A stretch of DNA of 50,685 nucleotides from NCBI GenBank assembly GCA_005885325.1, contig VAYX01000014.1, positions 1 to 50,685 of the forward strand, given 5' to 3'. Below, piece after piece: positions 27,014 to 36,919 of this stretch (positions within the stretch are counted from its first letter, which is position 1; each line of letters opens with the position of its first letter). The translations under genes were made by a program, and so were the position numbers. The notes below the pieces were generated by a model that was not told where the DNA came from, searched no databases, and saw only the letters and a program-made list of their open reading frames with translations. This DNA is from Actinomycetota bacterium (lineage in GTDB: Bacteria; Actinomycetota; UBA4738; HRBIN12).

Positions 27014-27384
27014 TGGACGCCGAACGGACCTACACGGTCGAGGAGGCCGACGCCTCGCTCCCCGAGCTCCGCGTGATGCTGGAGCGCGTGCGAACGAACC
27101 GGCAGGTCATCCTGCGAGCCGCCGAGCGGATCCGTGGGCAGGTGGCCGCCGATGGAGGCGGCACCGAAGGGACGGACTACTGGGAGGCCACGGCGTCGCT
27201 GAAGGCCGACATCGAGGCCCTGGCCGGCCGGGACATCCTGCTGCGCGACCCCGAGACGGGCCTGGTGGACTTCCCCGGCCGGCGCGATGGACGTCGGATC
27301 TTCCTGTGTTGGCGGCTCGGAGAGGACCACGTGTCGCACTGGCACGACCTCGAGTCGGGCTTCGCCGGGAGGAAGCCCCTGTGA
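27013..27384 (+). CDS. DUF2203-like small conserved protein
   Basis: 123 aa starting at the ATG 27013 (ATGA overlap with the HAD stop). Coiled-coil N-terminus and C-terminal LVDFPGRRDGRRIFLCWRLGE..WH pattern, which I recall from the DUF2203 family. By eye only. Confidence 0.6.
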   Translation: MDAERTYTVEEADASLPELRVMLERVRTNRQVILRAAERIRGQVAADGGGTEGTDYWEATASLKADIEALAGRDILLRDPETGLVDFPGRRDGRRIFLCWRLGEDHVSHWHDLESGFAGRKPL

Positions 27385-28376
27385 GCGAGGGGCGCCGTCG
27401 GAGGCCCAAGGTCGTGGTGATGGGCGCGACCGCGGAGGAGCCACCGCCGGACATCGAAGCGGCGTCGGCGATGGCCGACCTGTCGTACGCGGCGACCGCG
27501 CCGGCGCTGGCCGAGGCCATCGCCGACGCGGACGCCCTGTTCGCCTGGCGATCGGTTCGCGAGCTGCTCCCCGAGGTTTGGCCGAAGGCGGCGCACCTCC
27601 GGTGGATCCAATCGGCCTCCGACGGCGTGGACTGGCTGCTGTTCCCGGAGCTGATCGAGAGCGACGTGGTGGTGACGAACGCCCGTGGGATCTTCGACCA
27701 GGCCATCGCGGAGTACGTCGTGGGGCTGATGCTGGCCTTCGCCAAGGGCCTCCTCGGCGTGATCGAGGGCCAGCGTCACCGGGAGTGGCGGCACCGACCG
27801 ACCGAGCTGCTGTCCGGCAAGCGGCTGCTGGTCGCCGGAGTGGGACCGATCGGCCGGGCGATCGGCCGCGCCGGCAGGGATCTTCGGATGGAGGTTCGCG
27901 GGGTGGGGCGACGGGCCAGGTCCGGCGACGGCATCTTCGAGTCGATCGCCGGGACGGACGGCCTGGCGGGCGCGGCCGCGTGGGCCGACTACGTGGTGGA
28001 TGCACTTCCCGCCACCCCGGCCACCCGGCACCTCTTCGATGCCTCGGTGTTCGGATCGATGCGACCGAGCGCCAGGTTCATCAACGTGGGCCGGGGCGCC
28101 ACGGTCGATGAGGAGTCGTTGATCGAGGCCCTTCGGGAGCGGCGGATCGGCGGCGCCGCCCTCGACGTCTTCGAGCGGGAGCCGCTTCCATCGGACAGCA
28201 CGTTCTGGGAGCTGCCGAACACGATCGTGTCGCCCCACGTGTCGGGCGACTTCGAGGGATGGCTGGAGGCGGTGGTTCGGCTGTTCGTCGACAACCTCCG
28301 GAGATTCGTCGCGGGGCAGCCGCTCGTGAACGTGGTGGACAAGCGCGAAGGGTACGTGGTCGAGCCCTCGCCTTGA
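27381..28376 (+). CDS. D-isomer-specific 2-hydroxyacid dehydrogenase family, NAD-binding
   Basis: Start at the GTG 27381 (GTGA overlap). GVGPIGRAIGR Rossmann motif, FINVGRGATVDE, AALDVFEREPLP and SPHVSG catalytic His motif. Confidence 0.85.
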   Translation: MSEGRRRRPKVVVMGATAEEPPPDIEAASAMADLSYAATAPALAEAIADADALFAWRSVRELLPEVWPKAAHLRWIQSASDGVDWLLFPELIESDVVVTNARGIFDQAIAEYVVGLMLAFAKGLLGVIEGQRHREWRHRPTELLSGKRLLVAGVGPIGRAIGRAGRDLRMEVRGVGRRARSGDGIFESIAGTDGLAGAAAWADYVVDALPATPATRHLFDASVFGSMRPSARFINVGRGATVDEESLIEALRERRIGGAALDVFEREPLPSDSTFWELPNTIVSPHVSGDFEGWLEAVVRLFVDNLRRFVAGQPLVNVVDKREGYVVEPSP

Positions 28377-28388
28377 TAGGCTCCGCCC

Positions 28389-29294
28389 ATGGCGGAGCCG
28401 GTCATCCAGGTCCGCGGCCTCCGGAAGTCGTACGGGGACGTCGAGGCCGTTCGGGGCATCGACGTGACGGTGGAGCGCGGAGAGGTTTTCGCGCTGCTCG
28501 GTCCGAACGGCGCGGGCAAGACGACCACCGTGGAGATCCTCGAGGGGTACCGCCAGCGCACCGGAGGCGAGGCCTCCGTGCTGGAACGTGACCCGGCGAA
28601 GCTGGACCGGCCGACGAAGGCGCGCATCGGCATCGTCCTCCAGTCGAGCGGCGTGGACCCGTTCCTCACGGTCCGAGAGACCATCGACATGTACCGCGGG
28701 TACTACCCACACCCCCGGCCCGTCGACGAGGTCATCGACGTCGTGGGCCTCTCGGAGAAGCGGGACACCAGGGTGAACAAGCTGTCCGGAGGTCAGCAGC
28801 GCCGCCTCGACGTGGCCATCGCCCTAGCCGGGGACCCCGAGCTGCTCTTCCTGGACGAGCCGACGACGGGCTTCGACCCCAGTGCCCGGCGGAACGCCTG
28901 GCAGATCGTCCGCAACCTCATCGCGCTGGGGAAGACGGTTTTCCTGACCACCCACTACATGGATGAGGCCCAGTACCTGGCGAAGCGCGTCGCGGTCATC
29001 GCGCAGGGCCTGATCGTGGCCGAGGGACCGCCGGCGACGATCGGAGGCCGCGACACGGCCCAGACGGTGATCCGGTTCCGGGTGGAGGACGGGGAGGGGC
29101 TCCCGTCGCTGGGCCAGGTCCCGCTCGGCGACGGCACGCTGGAGCTTCGGACCGAGCATCCCACGAAGGTGCTGCACGAGCTCACCGCTTGGGCCCTCGA
29201 TCGTGGCGCGGAGCTCGAGGGAATGGAGGTCTACCGTCCGACCCTCGAGGACATCTACCTCGAACTGACCGGCGGGGAGGCGGGTGCGGAGTGA
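28389..29294 (+). CDS. ABC transporter ATP-binding protein (ABC-2/DrrA-like exporter type)
   Basis: 301 aa. Walker A GPNGAGKTT, LSGGQQRRLDVAIAL, Walker B LLFLDEPTTGFD, H-loop TTHYM. Paired with an ABC-2 permease. Confidence 0.92.
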   Translation: MAEPVIQVRGLRKSYGDVEAVRGIDVTVERGEVFALLGPNGAGKTTTVEILEGYRQRTGGEASVLERDPAKLDRPTKARIGIVLQSSGVDPFLTVRETIDMYRGYYPHPRPVDEVIDVVGLSEKRDTRVNKLSGGQQRRLDVAIALAGDPELLFLDEPTTGFDPSARRNAWQIVRNLIALGKTVFLTTHYMDEAQYLAKRVAVIAQGLIVAEGPPATIGGRDTAQTVIRFRVEDGEGLPSLGQVPLGDGTLELRTEHPTKVLHELTAWALDRGAELEGMEVYRPTLEDIYLELTGGEAGAE

Positions 29295-30067
29295 GCGACG
29301 TCGCCCTGGCCCTCCGCCAGGTCCGCTACACGAACAAGGCCTTCTGGCGCAATCCCGGCTCCGCCTTCTTCACGTTCGCCTTCCCCCTGATGTTCCTGGT
29401 GATCTTCACCTCGCTTCTCGGAAGCGGGACCATCGAGGTCGCGCCGGGAGTCTTCATCAAGCAGTCCACCTACTACGTCGCCGCCATGTCGGCGTTCGCC
29501 GTCATCACCGCCTCGTACACGAACATCGCCATCAGCGTGGTGTTCCAGCGGGACGCCGGGATCCTGAAGCGGACCAAGGGGACGCCGTTGCCGGGCTGGG
29601 CCTACATGGGCGGCCGGGTGCTCCACGTGCTGATCGTCGCCATCCTCCTCGTTATCATCACGTCCGCGTTCGGCGTCGCCTTCTACGGCGCCGACGTGCC
29701 CAGCGGGGTCCTGCTCCTGAAGTTCGCCGCCGTGGTCGTCGTCGGTGCCATGAGCTTCGCCGCGCTGGGCCTGGCCACCACCTCGATCGTCCCCAACCCC
29801 GACGCCGCGCCTCCGGTGGTGAACGCGATCATCCTGCCGCTCCTGTTCCTGTCCGGCATCTTCATCCCGTTCGGGGTGGACACCCCGGAGTGGATCAGGA
29901 CGGTGGCCCGGATCTTCCCCGTGAAGCACTTCGCTGACGCCATGCGGGCGGGGTTCTACGGCGCGCCGTTCGAGTTCCTGTGGCGCGACGTCCTGATCGT
30001 GGCCATCTGGGGTCTGGCCGGGCTCATCCTGGCGGCCCGGTTCTTCACGTGGGAACCGAGGAAATGA
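29291..30067 (+). CDS. ABC-2 type transporter permease
   Basis: Start at the GTG 29291 (GTGA overlap). 258 aa, 6 TM helices. N-terminal YTNKAFWRNPGSAFFTFAFPLMF typical of the ABC-2 family. Confidence 0.85.
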   Translation: MSDVALALRQVRYTNKAFWRNPGSAFFTFAFPLMFLVIFTSLLGSGTIEVAPGVFIKQSTYYVAAMSAFAVITASYTNIAISVVFQRDAGILKRTKGTPLPGWAYMGGRVLHVLIVAILLVIITSAFGVAFYGADVPSGVLLLKFAAVVVVGAMSFAALGLATTSIVPNPDAAPPVVNAIILPLLFLSGIFIPFGVDTPEWIRTVARIFPVKHFADAMRAGFYGAPFEFLWRDVLIVAIWGLAGLILAARFFTWEPRK

Positions 30068-30993
30068 GGGGGTCGACGGTGCGGAAGGTCCTCGTTGGGT
30101 TGGCCGTCCTTGGGTTGCTCGCAGCAGCGTGCGCCTCCGAGAACCCCGTCCTGTCGACCGGCAGCCCCTCGATCGCAGGGACCGCGGCGGACTGCGCGAA
30201 GGGCGTCACCACGTACGTGAGCCCTGGGGCGCTCATCGTCGGTACGGACAACCCGGCGTACCCACCGTACTTCCAGGGCGGGGCGGCCAAGGGATCGCAA
30301 TGGAAGTTGAACGACCCCGCGACGGGCAAGGGTTTCGAGAGCGCCGTCGCATACGCGGTCGCCGGCGCGATGGGCTTCTCCGCGGACGAGGTCCGGTGGG
30401 CGGTTGCGCCGTTCAACCAGACGTACGCCCCGGGAGCCAAGAGCTGGGACTTCGCCATCGAACAGATCTCGTACTCCGCCAAGCGGGCCCGGGCCGTCGA
30501 CTTCAGCGACAGCTATTACGACGTGAACCAGGCGCTGGTCGCGGTGAAGGGCTCGCCGATCACGAATGCAGCGAGCCTCGCCGACCTGAAGGGCTACACG
30601 CTCGCCGCGCCACTCGGGACGACCAGTTACGACTACATCGTCGACGTGATCAAGCCGACCAAGGAGCCGGGCGCCTTCAGCTCGCTCTCGGACACCGTGG
30701 CCGCCATCAACGCCCACCAGGTCGACGGCATCGTGGTGGATCTGCCGACCGCGCTGTTCATCGCCGATCCGTTCGTCCAGGAGGTGAAGAACAGCGTCGT
30801 GGTGGGCCAGTTCCCCACCGTCGGCACGCCCGAGCACTTCGGGATGACCTTCGTGAAGGGCAATCCCCTCGTGGGCTGCGTGAATCAGGCGTTGGCCGAG
30901 CTGAAGTCCGAGGGCACGCTCCAGGCCATCACGACGAAGTGGCTGTCGGAGAAGACCAACGTGGGCGCGGTGCCCGTCTTCAGCACCTCGTAG
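30064..30993 (+). CDS. polar amino acid ABC transporter substrate-binding lipoprotein (PBP type 2)
   Basis: Start at the ATG 30064 (ATGA overlap with the ABC-2 permease stop). Lipobox LLAAACA. GTDNPAYPPYF, GFESAVAYAVA and WDFAIEQISY motifs of family-3 SBPs. Confidence 0.85.
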   Translation: MRGSTVRKVLVGLAVLGLLAAACASENPVLSTGSPSIAGTAADCAKGVTTYVSPGALIVGTDNPAYPPYFQGGAAKGSQWKLNDPATGKGFESAVAYAVAGAMGFSADEVRWAVAPFNQTYAPGAKSWDFAIEQISYSAKRARAVDFSDSYYDVNQALVAVKGSPITNAASLADLKGYTLAAPLGTTSYDYIVDVIKPTKEPGAFSSLSDTVAAINAHQVDGIVVDLPTALFIADPFVQEVKNSVVVGQFPTVGTPEHFGMTFVKGNPLVGCVNQALAELKSEGTLQAITTKWLSEKTNVGAVPVFSTS

Positions 30994-31002
30994 CCGGCCT
31001 CC

Positions 31003-31899
31003 ATGGGCGCTGGGGGAGGCGGTGCTCCGGAGCTCTACGAGCTCCCTCCCGGTGAACCGGACCCCGGACGAGGCCCGGGCATCCTGAGCGGGCTTCGGCA
31101 GGAGGGGGCCCGGGGCGTCCTGATCGCCGTGGTCAGCACGTTCGTCGTGGCGGCGGCCATCGCGTTTGCCGTCTCCCGCTCCCCGAACTGGCCTGCGGTG
31201 AAGGAGGCCTTCTTCAACGGGGAGGAGTTCCGGAGCTCGTTCCCCGACATCGCGGCCAAGTTCATCAGGAACGTCGAGTACTTCGTGGTGGCGGAGGTCT
31301 TCATCCTGGCCTTCGCCCTCCTGCTGGCCGTGATGCGGAGCCTCTCCGGGCCGGTGTTCTTTCCCATCCGTGCCTTGTCCATCCTCTACACCGACCTGTT
31401 CCGGGGCATCCCCACCATCCTGGTCGTCTATCTCCTGGGATTCGGCGTGCCCAGCCTGTCGCTCACCGGCGTCCCCAGCTCGGCCACCTTCTGGGCCGTC
31501 GTGGCGCTGATCCTGTCCTACTCGGCCTACGTCGCGGAGGTCTACCGTGCCGGGATCGAGTCGGTGCATCCCAGCCAGGCCGCCGCCGCCCGCTCGCTCG
31601 GCCTCTCGCGGTGGAAGACATTTCGCTTCGTGGTCATCCCACAGGCCGTGCGGCGTGTCGTCCCGCCGCTGCTGAACGACTTCGTCGGGCTCCAGAAGGA
31701 CACGGCACTGGTGGCCTTCGTGGTGGTCGTTCCCGAGGCATTCAAGGAGGCGCAGATCATCCAGAACGCCGACTTCAACTTCACCCCGCTCCTGGCCGCG
31801 GCCCTCCTGTTCCTGCTGGTGACCATCCCCATGACCCGGCTGGTGGACTGGCTCGTGTCCCGGCAGCGGCGCCGGCGGCAGGTGGCAACCGCGCTGTGA
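31003..31899 (+). CDS. polar amino acid ABC transporter permease
   Basis: 298 aa. LFRGIPTILVVYLLGFG and the EAA loop QAAAARSLGLSRWKTFRFVVIPQA. Confidence 0.9.
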   Translation: MGAGGGGAPELYELPPGEPDPGRGPGILSGLRQEGARGVLIAVVSTFVVAAAIAFAVSRSPNWPAVKEAFFNGEEFRSSFPDIAAKFIRNVEYFVVAEVFILAFALLLAVMRSLSGPVFFPIRALSILYTDLFRGIPTILVVYLLGFGVPSLSLTGVPSSATFWAVVALILSYSAYVAEVYRAGIESVHPSQAAAARSLGLSRWKTFRFVVIPQAVRRVVPPLLNDFVGLQKDTALVAFVVVVPEAFKEAQIIQNADFNFTPLLAAALLFLLVTIPMTRLVDWLVSRQRRRRQVATAL

Positions 31900-32660
31900 A
31901 CGGACCGAGGGCCGACGGCGAGGCTCTCCGCCTCGAGGCGATCCACAAGTCGTTCGGCAAGCTCGAGGTCCTGAAGGGCATCGACCTGTCCGTCGCGGAC
32001 CACGAGGTGATCTGCCTGATCGGGTCGTCCGGGTCGGGGAAGTCAACCATGCTCCGGTGCATCAACCTCCTCGAGCCCGTGGATGCCGGGCGGATCACGG
32101 TCCGGGGCGAGGAGATCACGGCCACGGGCGTCGACGTGAACCGCATCCGGCGGCACATCGGCATCGTCTTCCAGGCTTTCAACCTGTTCCCTCATATGAC
32201 CGTGATCCGGAACGTCACGCTGGCCCCCATGGAGGCACTGGGTATGTCGAAGGCGGAGGCGCGGGCCAGGGCGCTCGAGCTGCTGGAGCGGTTCGGCCTG
32301 GCCGACAAGCGGGAGGAATACCCCGACCGGCTGTCCGGCGGCCAACAGCAACGCGTGGCCATCGTCCGGGCCCTGGCCATGAAGCCCGACATCATGCTGC
32401 TCGACGAGGTCACGAGCGCCCTGGACCCCGAGCTGGTGGCCGAGGTCCTGAACGTGATCCGAGAGCTGGCCGCGGGTGGCATGACCATGGTCATCGCCAC
32501 CCACGAGATGGGGTTCGCCCGCGACATCGCCGGCCGGGTGTGCTTCCTGGACGCCGGGCGGATCCTGGAGGAGGGCCCGCCGGAGCGGATCTTCTCGGCC
32601 CCCCGGGAGGAACGGACGCGGCGGTTCCTCCAGAGCATCATCGAGGCCGGCCGGATGTAG
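31896..32660 (+). CDS. polar amino acid ABC transporter ATP-binding protein
   Basis: Start at the GTG 31896 (GTGA overlap). Walker [41 protein letters not shown]. Confidence 0.95.
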   Translation: MNGPRADGEALRLEAIHKSFGKLEVLKGIDLSVADHEVICLIGSSGSGKSTMLRCINLLEPVDAGRITVRGEEITATGVDVNRIRRHIGIVFQAFNLFPHMTVIRNVTLAPMEALGMSKAEARARALELLERFGLADKREEYPDRLSGGQQQRVAIVRALAMKPDIMLLDEVTSALDPELVAEVLNVIRELAAGGMTMVIATHEMGFARDIAGRVCFLDAGRILEEGPPERIFSAPREERTRRFLQSIIEAGRM

Positions 32661-32673
32661 GCGCCGAGCAGGG

Positions 32674-32696
32674 GTATCGGCGAAGGCACCTACAAT
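32674..32696 (+). promoter_or_regulatory. uvrB promoter candidate: GTATCGGCG-N8-TACAAT, 6 nt upstream of the ATG (leaderless-type)
   Basis: TACAAT at 32691-32696 and ATG at 32703. No SD in the 6-nt gap. Confidence 0.4.
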
Positions 32697-32702
32697 CCAC
32701 GC

Positions 32703-34718
32703 ATGCCCCCGTTCAAGGTCCATGCGGAGTTCGAACCCGCGGGCGACCAACCGGCCGCCGTCGAGGACCTGGCCCAGGGCGTCTTGGCCGGTGAGGACTA
32801 CCTGACGCTGCTCGGGGCCACCGGGACGGGGAAGACCTTCACCATCGCCCAGGTGATCGAGCGGGTCCAGAAGCCCACCCTGGTGATCGCGCCGAACAAG
32901 TCGCTGGGGGCGCAGCTGGCCAACGAGTTCCGGGAGTTCTTCCCGGAGAACGCCGTCGAGTACTTCGTCAGCTATTACGACTACTACCAACCCGAGGCCT
33001 ACGTTCCCCAGACCGACACCTACATCGAGAAGGACTCGTCGGTCAACGACGAGATCGATCGGCTGCGCCACTCGGCAACGAGCGCGCTGCTCACCCGGAA
33101 GGACGTCCTGATCGTGGCCTCGGTGTCCTGCATCTACGGCCTGGGCACGCCCGAGGAGTACATGGGCCAGGTCCTGCGGCTGCACAAGGGCGTGGCCATC
33201 GACCGGGACTTCGCCATCACGCGCCTGGTCAAGATCATGTACGAGCGGAACCAGGTGAACTTCGTGCGGGGCAAGTTCCGGGTCCAGGGCGACACGCTCG
33301 AGGTCTTCCCCGCCTACGAGGAGACCGCCATCCGCGTGGAGTTCTGGGGCGACGACGTGGAGCGGATCACCCGGTTCGACCCGCTGACCGGCGAGGTCCT
33401 GGGCGAGCTGTCCGAGGTGTGGATCTACCCGGCCACCCACTACGTGGCGTCGGACCAGCGGATGCAGCGGGCCATCGCCGGGATCGAGGAGGAGCTGAAG
33501 GATCGGCTGGGCCAGCTGGAGTCCCAGGGCAAGCTCCTGGAGGCGGAACGCCTGCGGATGCGGTCGAACTACGACCTGGAGATGCTGCGGGAGGTGGGGT
33601 TCTGCTCGGGGATCGAGAACTACTCGAGGCACATCGACGGCCGCCAGCCCGGGGAGGCCCCGTACACCTTGCTCGACTACTTCCCCCAGGACTGGCTGTG
33701 CGTCATCGACGAGTCGCACGTGACGGTGCCCCAGATCCACGGGATGTACGAGGGTGACAAGACCCGCAAGGAGACCCTGGTGGAGTTCGGGTTCCGGCTG
33801 CCGTCCGCCCTGGACAACCGGCCGCTCCGGTTCGAGGAGTTCGTCCAGAGGGTCGGGCAGACCGTGTTCATGTCGGCCACACCCAGTGCCTACGAGCTCC
33901 GGACGTCCAAGCGGATCGTGCAGCAGATCGTCCGGCCCACCGGGCTGATCGACCCGAACGTCGAGATCCGGCCCACGCGGGGGCAGGTGGACGACCTCAT
34001 CGAGGAGATCAGGAAGCGCGCCGAGGCGGGCCAGCGCGTCCTGGTGACCACCCTGACCAAGAAGATGGCCGAGGACCTCACCGACTACCTGATGGAGATG
34101 GGCATCCGGGTCCGGTACCTGCACTCGGAGATCGACACCCTGCACCGGATCGAGATCCTCCGCGACCTCCGACTGGGGGAGTTCGACGTCCTGGTGGGGA
34201 TCAACCTTCTTCGGGAGGGACTGGACCTCCCCGAGGTCTCGCTGGTGGCCATCCTCGACGCGGACAAGGAGGGGTTCCTCCGGTCGGACACCTCGCTCAT
34301 CCAGACCATCGGCCGGGCCGCCCGCAACGTGGACGGCACGGTCCTGATGTACGCGGACGAGGTCACCGACTCGATGAAGGCCGCCATCTCCGAGACCCAG
34401 CGGCGGCGCAAGATCCAGATGGCGTTCAACCGCGAGCACGGCATCGACCCTCAGTCGATCCGCAAGAAGGTGTCGGACATCCTGCTGTCGATGGCGGTCG
34501 ACGGGGGGAAGGCGCCGACGCCCGAACGGGGGCGACGGCGCCGCGAGCGGGTGGAGATGCCGACCGAGGAGCTCGAGCGCCTCATCCAGAGCCTGGAGGA
34601 GGAGATGCACCAGGCCGCCAAGGAGCTGCGGTTCGAGTACGCGGCGCGCCTCCGGGACGAGGTCGTCGACCTCCGCAAGGAGCTGAAGGCCCTTCGCCAA
34701 GCGGGAGTCGGGACCTGA
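32703..34718 (+). CDS. uvrB: excinuclease ABC subunit B
   Basis: 671 aa. GDQPAA, Walker [23 protein letters not shown], helicase motifs and a C-terminal UVR domain ([16 protein letters not shown]). Confidence 0.97.
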   Translation: MPPFKVHAEFEPAGDQPAAVEDLAQGVLAGEDYLTLLGATGTGKTFTIAQVIERVQKPTLVIAPNKSLGAQLANEFREFFPENAVEYFVSYYDYYQPEAYVPQTDTYIEKDSSVNDEIDRLRHSATSALLTRKDVLIVASVSCIYGLGTPEEYMGQVLRLHKGVAIDRDFAITRLVKIMYERNQVNFVRGKFRVQGDTLEVFPAYEETAIRVEFWGDDVERITRFDPLTGEVLGELSEVWIYPATHYVASDQRMQRAIAGIEEELKDRLGQLESQGKLLEAERLRMRSNYDLEMLREVGFCSGIENYSRHIDGRQPGEAPYTLLDYFPQDWLCVIDESHVTVPQIHGMYEGDKTRKETLVEFGFRLPSALDNRPLRFEEFVQRVGQTVFMSATPSAYELRTSKRIVQQIVRPTGLIDPNVEIRPTRGQVDDLIEEIRKRAEAGQRVLVTTLTKKMAEDLTDYLMEMGIRVRYLHSEIDTLHRIEILRDLRLGEFDVLVGINLLREGLDLPEVSLVAILDADKEGFLRSDTSLIQTIGRAARNVDGTVLMYADEVTDSMKAAISETQRRRKIQMAFNREHGIDPQSIRKKVSDILLSMAVDGGKAPTPERGRRRRERVEMPTEELERLIQSLEEEMHQAAKELRFEYAARLRDEVVDLRKELKALRQAGVGT

Positions 34719-34786
34719 GCCCGACGCTCGCCGTCCGCGCCCCGCTCGCGTGGCTGGGGCCGGGCAAGCTCATCGACCGGGTCAGC

Positions 34787-35755
34787 GTGGTCTGCGACGG
34801 TGGCCGGATCCAGTGGGTTGGGTCGGCCCGGCTGGCCCCCCAGGCAGACGACGAGCTCGAGGTGGAGGGGTTCCTCATGCCGGGGGTGGCTGATCGCCAC
34901 GTCCACATCGGCCTGGCGGACCCCGGCGCTGTGCTCCTCGGCGGGGTGACGGCCGTTCGGGATCTGGCGTGGCCCCCGGACGTCATCTTCCCGCTCGCCG
35001 ATGCGTCGGAGCTGCCCGCGTTCAACGGGCCGCTGATCCGGGCGGCCGGCCCCATGCTCACCGCACCCGGCGGCTACCCCACCACCGATCGCTGGGCGCC
35101 GGCCGGGACCGGGCTGGAGATCAAGGGCGCGGAGCAGGCGGCCAAGGCCGTCGTGGCCATGGCGGACCGGGGCGCCGCTGCCATCAAGGTGTCCCTGAAC
35201 GCAGAGGCCGGGCCCACACCGACGGACCGAGAGCTCGCAGCCATCGTCCAGGCCGCGGGGGAGCGAGGTCTGCCGGTGACGGCCCACGTGCAGGGCGCCG
35301 GACAGGCGGAGCGGGCCCTGGGCGCGGGGGTGAACGAGTTCGCGCACTGTCCGTGGACGGAGCGGCTCTCCGAGTCGGTGCTCGAGGCGGCAGCCAAGGC
35401 CATGCGGATCGTCTCGACCCTCGACATCTGGAGCTACGGCGCGGTCACGGCGGAGCTTCGGATGGCCGCCGACAACATGGCTCGGTTCCGGGCCGCCGGC
35501 GGCACGGTCGTCTACGGCACCGACCTCGGCAACGGAGCCATCCCGCCGGGGATCGACGTCCGGGAGGTCCTGCTCCTCCGGGAGACCGTGGGCATGACCT
35601 CGGACGAGATCCTCGAAGCCCTGGTGGCCGGGCCGCTCGAGCCGGGCGCGCCCGCCGACCTCATCGCACTGGCCCGCGATCCCCGCGAGGACCTCACGGC
35701 GCTCGGCGATCTGAAGCTGGTGACTCGGGCCGGACGGGTGGTCACGGCGACCTGA
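34787..35755 (+). CDS. amidohydrolase-family metal-dependent hydrolase
   Basis: 322 aa from the GTG at 34787. DRHVHIG metal motif, later VTAHV and a GTDLG-type C-terminal motif. The in-frame sequence upstream (back to the CTG at 34715) also reads like an amidohydrolase N-terminus, so the true start may be earlier and non-canonical. Confidence 0.75.
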   Translation: MVCDGGRIQWVGSARLAPQADDELEVEGFLMPGVADRHVHIGLADPGAVLLGGVTAVRDLAWPPDVIFPLADASELPAFNGPLIRAAGPMLTAPGGYPTTDRWAPAGTGLEIKGAEQAAKAVVAMADRGAAAIKVSLNAEAGPTPTDRELAAIVQAAGERGLPVTAHVQGAGQAERALGAGVNEFAHCPWTERLSESVLEAAAKAMRIVSTLDIWSYGAVTAELRMAADNMARFRAAGGTVVYGTDLGNGAIPPGIDVREVLLLRETVGMTSDEILEALVAGPLEPGAPADLIALARDPREDLTALGDLKLVTRAGRVVTAT

Positions 35756-35758
35756 GGG

Positions 35759-36919
35759 CTACAGGAGTGGACGGAGCTCCTCGAAGCACCGATCGACGTC
35801 GGCCTCGGTGTTGAAGAAATGGGGGGAGATCCGGAGCCCGTCGCCCCGGAAGTCCGTGCACACGTTCCGTTCCAGCAGGGCGTGGCAGATGGACCCGGCA
35901 TCCGGCCCCACGCCGACGTTCACCACGCCGCCGCGCTCGCCTCGGGCGCGCGGCGTTCGCACGGGCAGGCCCGCCTCGTCCGCGCGGGCGATCACGTGAT
36001 CGGTCAGCTCGCCCTGTCGGGCCCGGATCCGGTCGACGCCGGCCTCCGAGATGATCTCGAGTCCACCCAGGGCCACCGGATAGACCGGCGCGGGCGGCGT
36101 CCCGTGCTCAAGTCGTCGCGCCGTCGGGTGGAGCTCGAGGTGCTGGGTGTCGAAGGAGAACGGCTCGCGGGTGGCGAACCATCCCGTGACCGCGGGCTCG
36201 AGCTCAGGAAGCAGATCCCGCCGCGCGTACAGGAACACCAGGCCCGGACCCCCGCAGAGCCACTTCAGCACGCCGGCGGTGTACACGTCGCACCCCAGGT
36301 CGTGCAGGTCGAGCGGGACGATCCCGATCCCGTGGTAGTCGTCCACGATCGACAATGCGCCCGCCTCCCGGGCCATCCGGCAGACCTCCTTCGCGTCGAC
36401 CAGCGCGCTCGAGCGGTACAGCACCCGGTTGACCATGACGATCGCCGTGTCCTCGTCGATGGCCTGCTCGTACTCCTCGAGCGGGATGGTCAGGCCGTCG
36501 GGTGACTTCAGGAACTCGACCTCGGCCCCCCTGGATCGTTGGGCAAGCCATACGTGGCCGTCGGTGGGAAAGTCCAGCTCCGACAGGATCACCTTGCGGC
36601 GCCGGGAGAAGTCCACGCACGAGGCGATCGTCGAGAGGGCGATCGAGATGTTCGTGGTGATGGCCAGCTCGTCGGGATGGCAGCCGGCCAGCGTCGCGAA
36701 GCGATCCTTCAGCGCGCGCATGGTGGGAAAGATGTCCTCGAACCACACGTGGTCGGGCGCGCCCTTGGATGCCCATGCGTCGACGTACGCGTCGAGGTAG
36801 CTGCGCGACCGCCGCGAGACCGGCCCGAGCGATGCGCTGATCAGATAGGCCTTCCGCTCCAGGACGGGGAACTCGTCGCGCCACGATGACAGGTCCACGC
36901 CCGGGGATCGCGCGTTCAT
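35759..36919 (-). CDS. class V aminotransferase-fold PLP-dependent enzyme (kynureninase/cysteine-desulfurase-like)
   Basis: Start moved to the ATG at 36919 (ATGA overlap with the upstream VOC gene stop, frame-checked). 386 aa. WRDEFP N-terminus, SIVDDYHG, and LKWLCGGPG (PLP-Lys region). Confidence 0.8.
   Translation of the reverse strand: MNARSPGVDLSSWRDEFPVLERKAYLISASLGPVSRRSRSYLDAYVDAWASKGAPDHVWFEDIFPTMRALKDRFATLAGCHPDELAITTNISIALSTIASCVDFSRRRKVILSELDFPTDGHVWLAQRSRGAEVEFLKSPDGLTIPLEEYEQAIDEDTAIVMVNRVLYRSSALVDAKEVCRMAREAGALSIVDDYHGIGIVPLDLHDLGCDVYTAGVLKWLCGGPGLVFLYARRDLLPELEPAVTGWFATREPFSFDTQHLELHPTARRLEHGTPPAPVYPVALGGLEIISEAGVDRIRARQGELTDHVIARADEAGLPVRTPRARGERGGVVNVGVGPDAGSICHALLERNVCTDFRGDGLRISPHFFNTEADVDRCFEELRPLL

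Noticed and set aside
32043-34700. Very long antisense or alternative-frame ORFs. Examples are 32043-34700(-) at 885 aa, 37832-40555(-) at 907 aa, 9018-11078(-) at 686 aa, 29956-32046(-) at 696 aa, 44371-46494(-) at 707 aa, 40549-42486(-) at 645 aa and 536-1930(+) at 464 aa.
   Set aside because: They lie opposite or out of frame to genes with unmistakable conserved motifs (uvrB, uvrA, livHM, gap and others). Their translations are Arg/Pro/Gly/Ala-rich low-complexity strings, which is typical of stop-codon-poor frames in ~70% GC DNA. None shows a recognisable motif.
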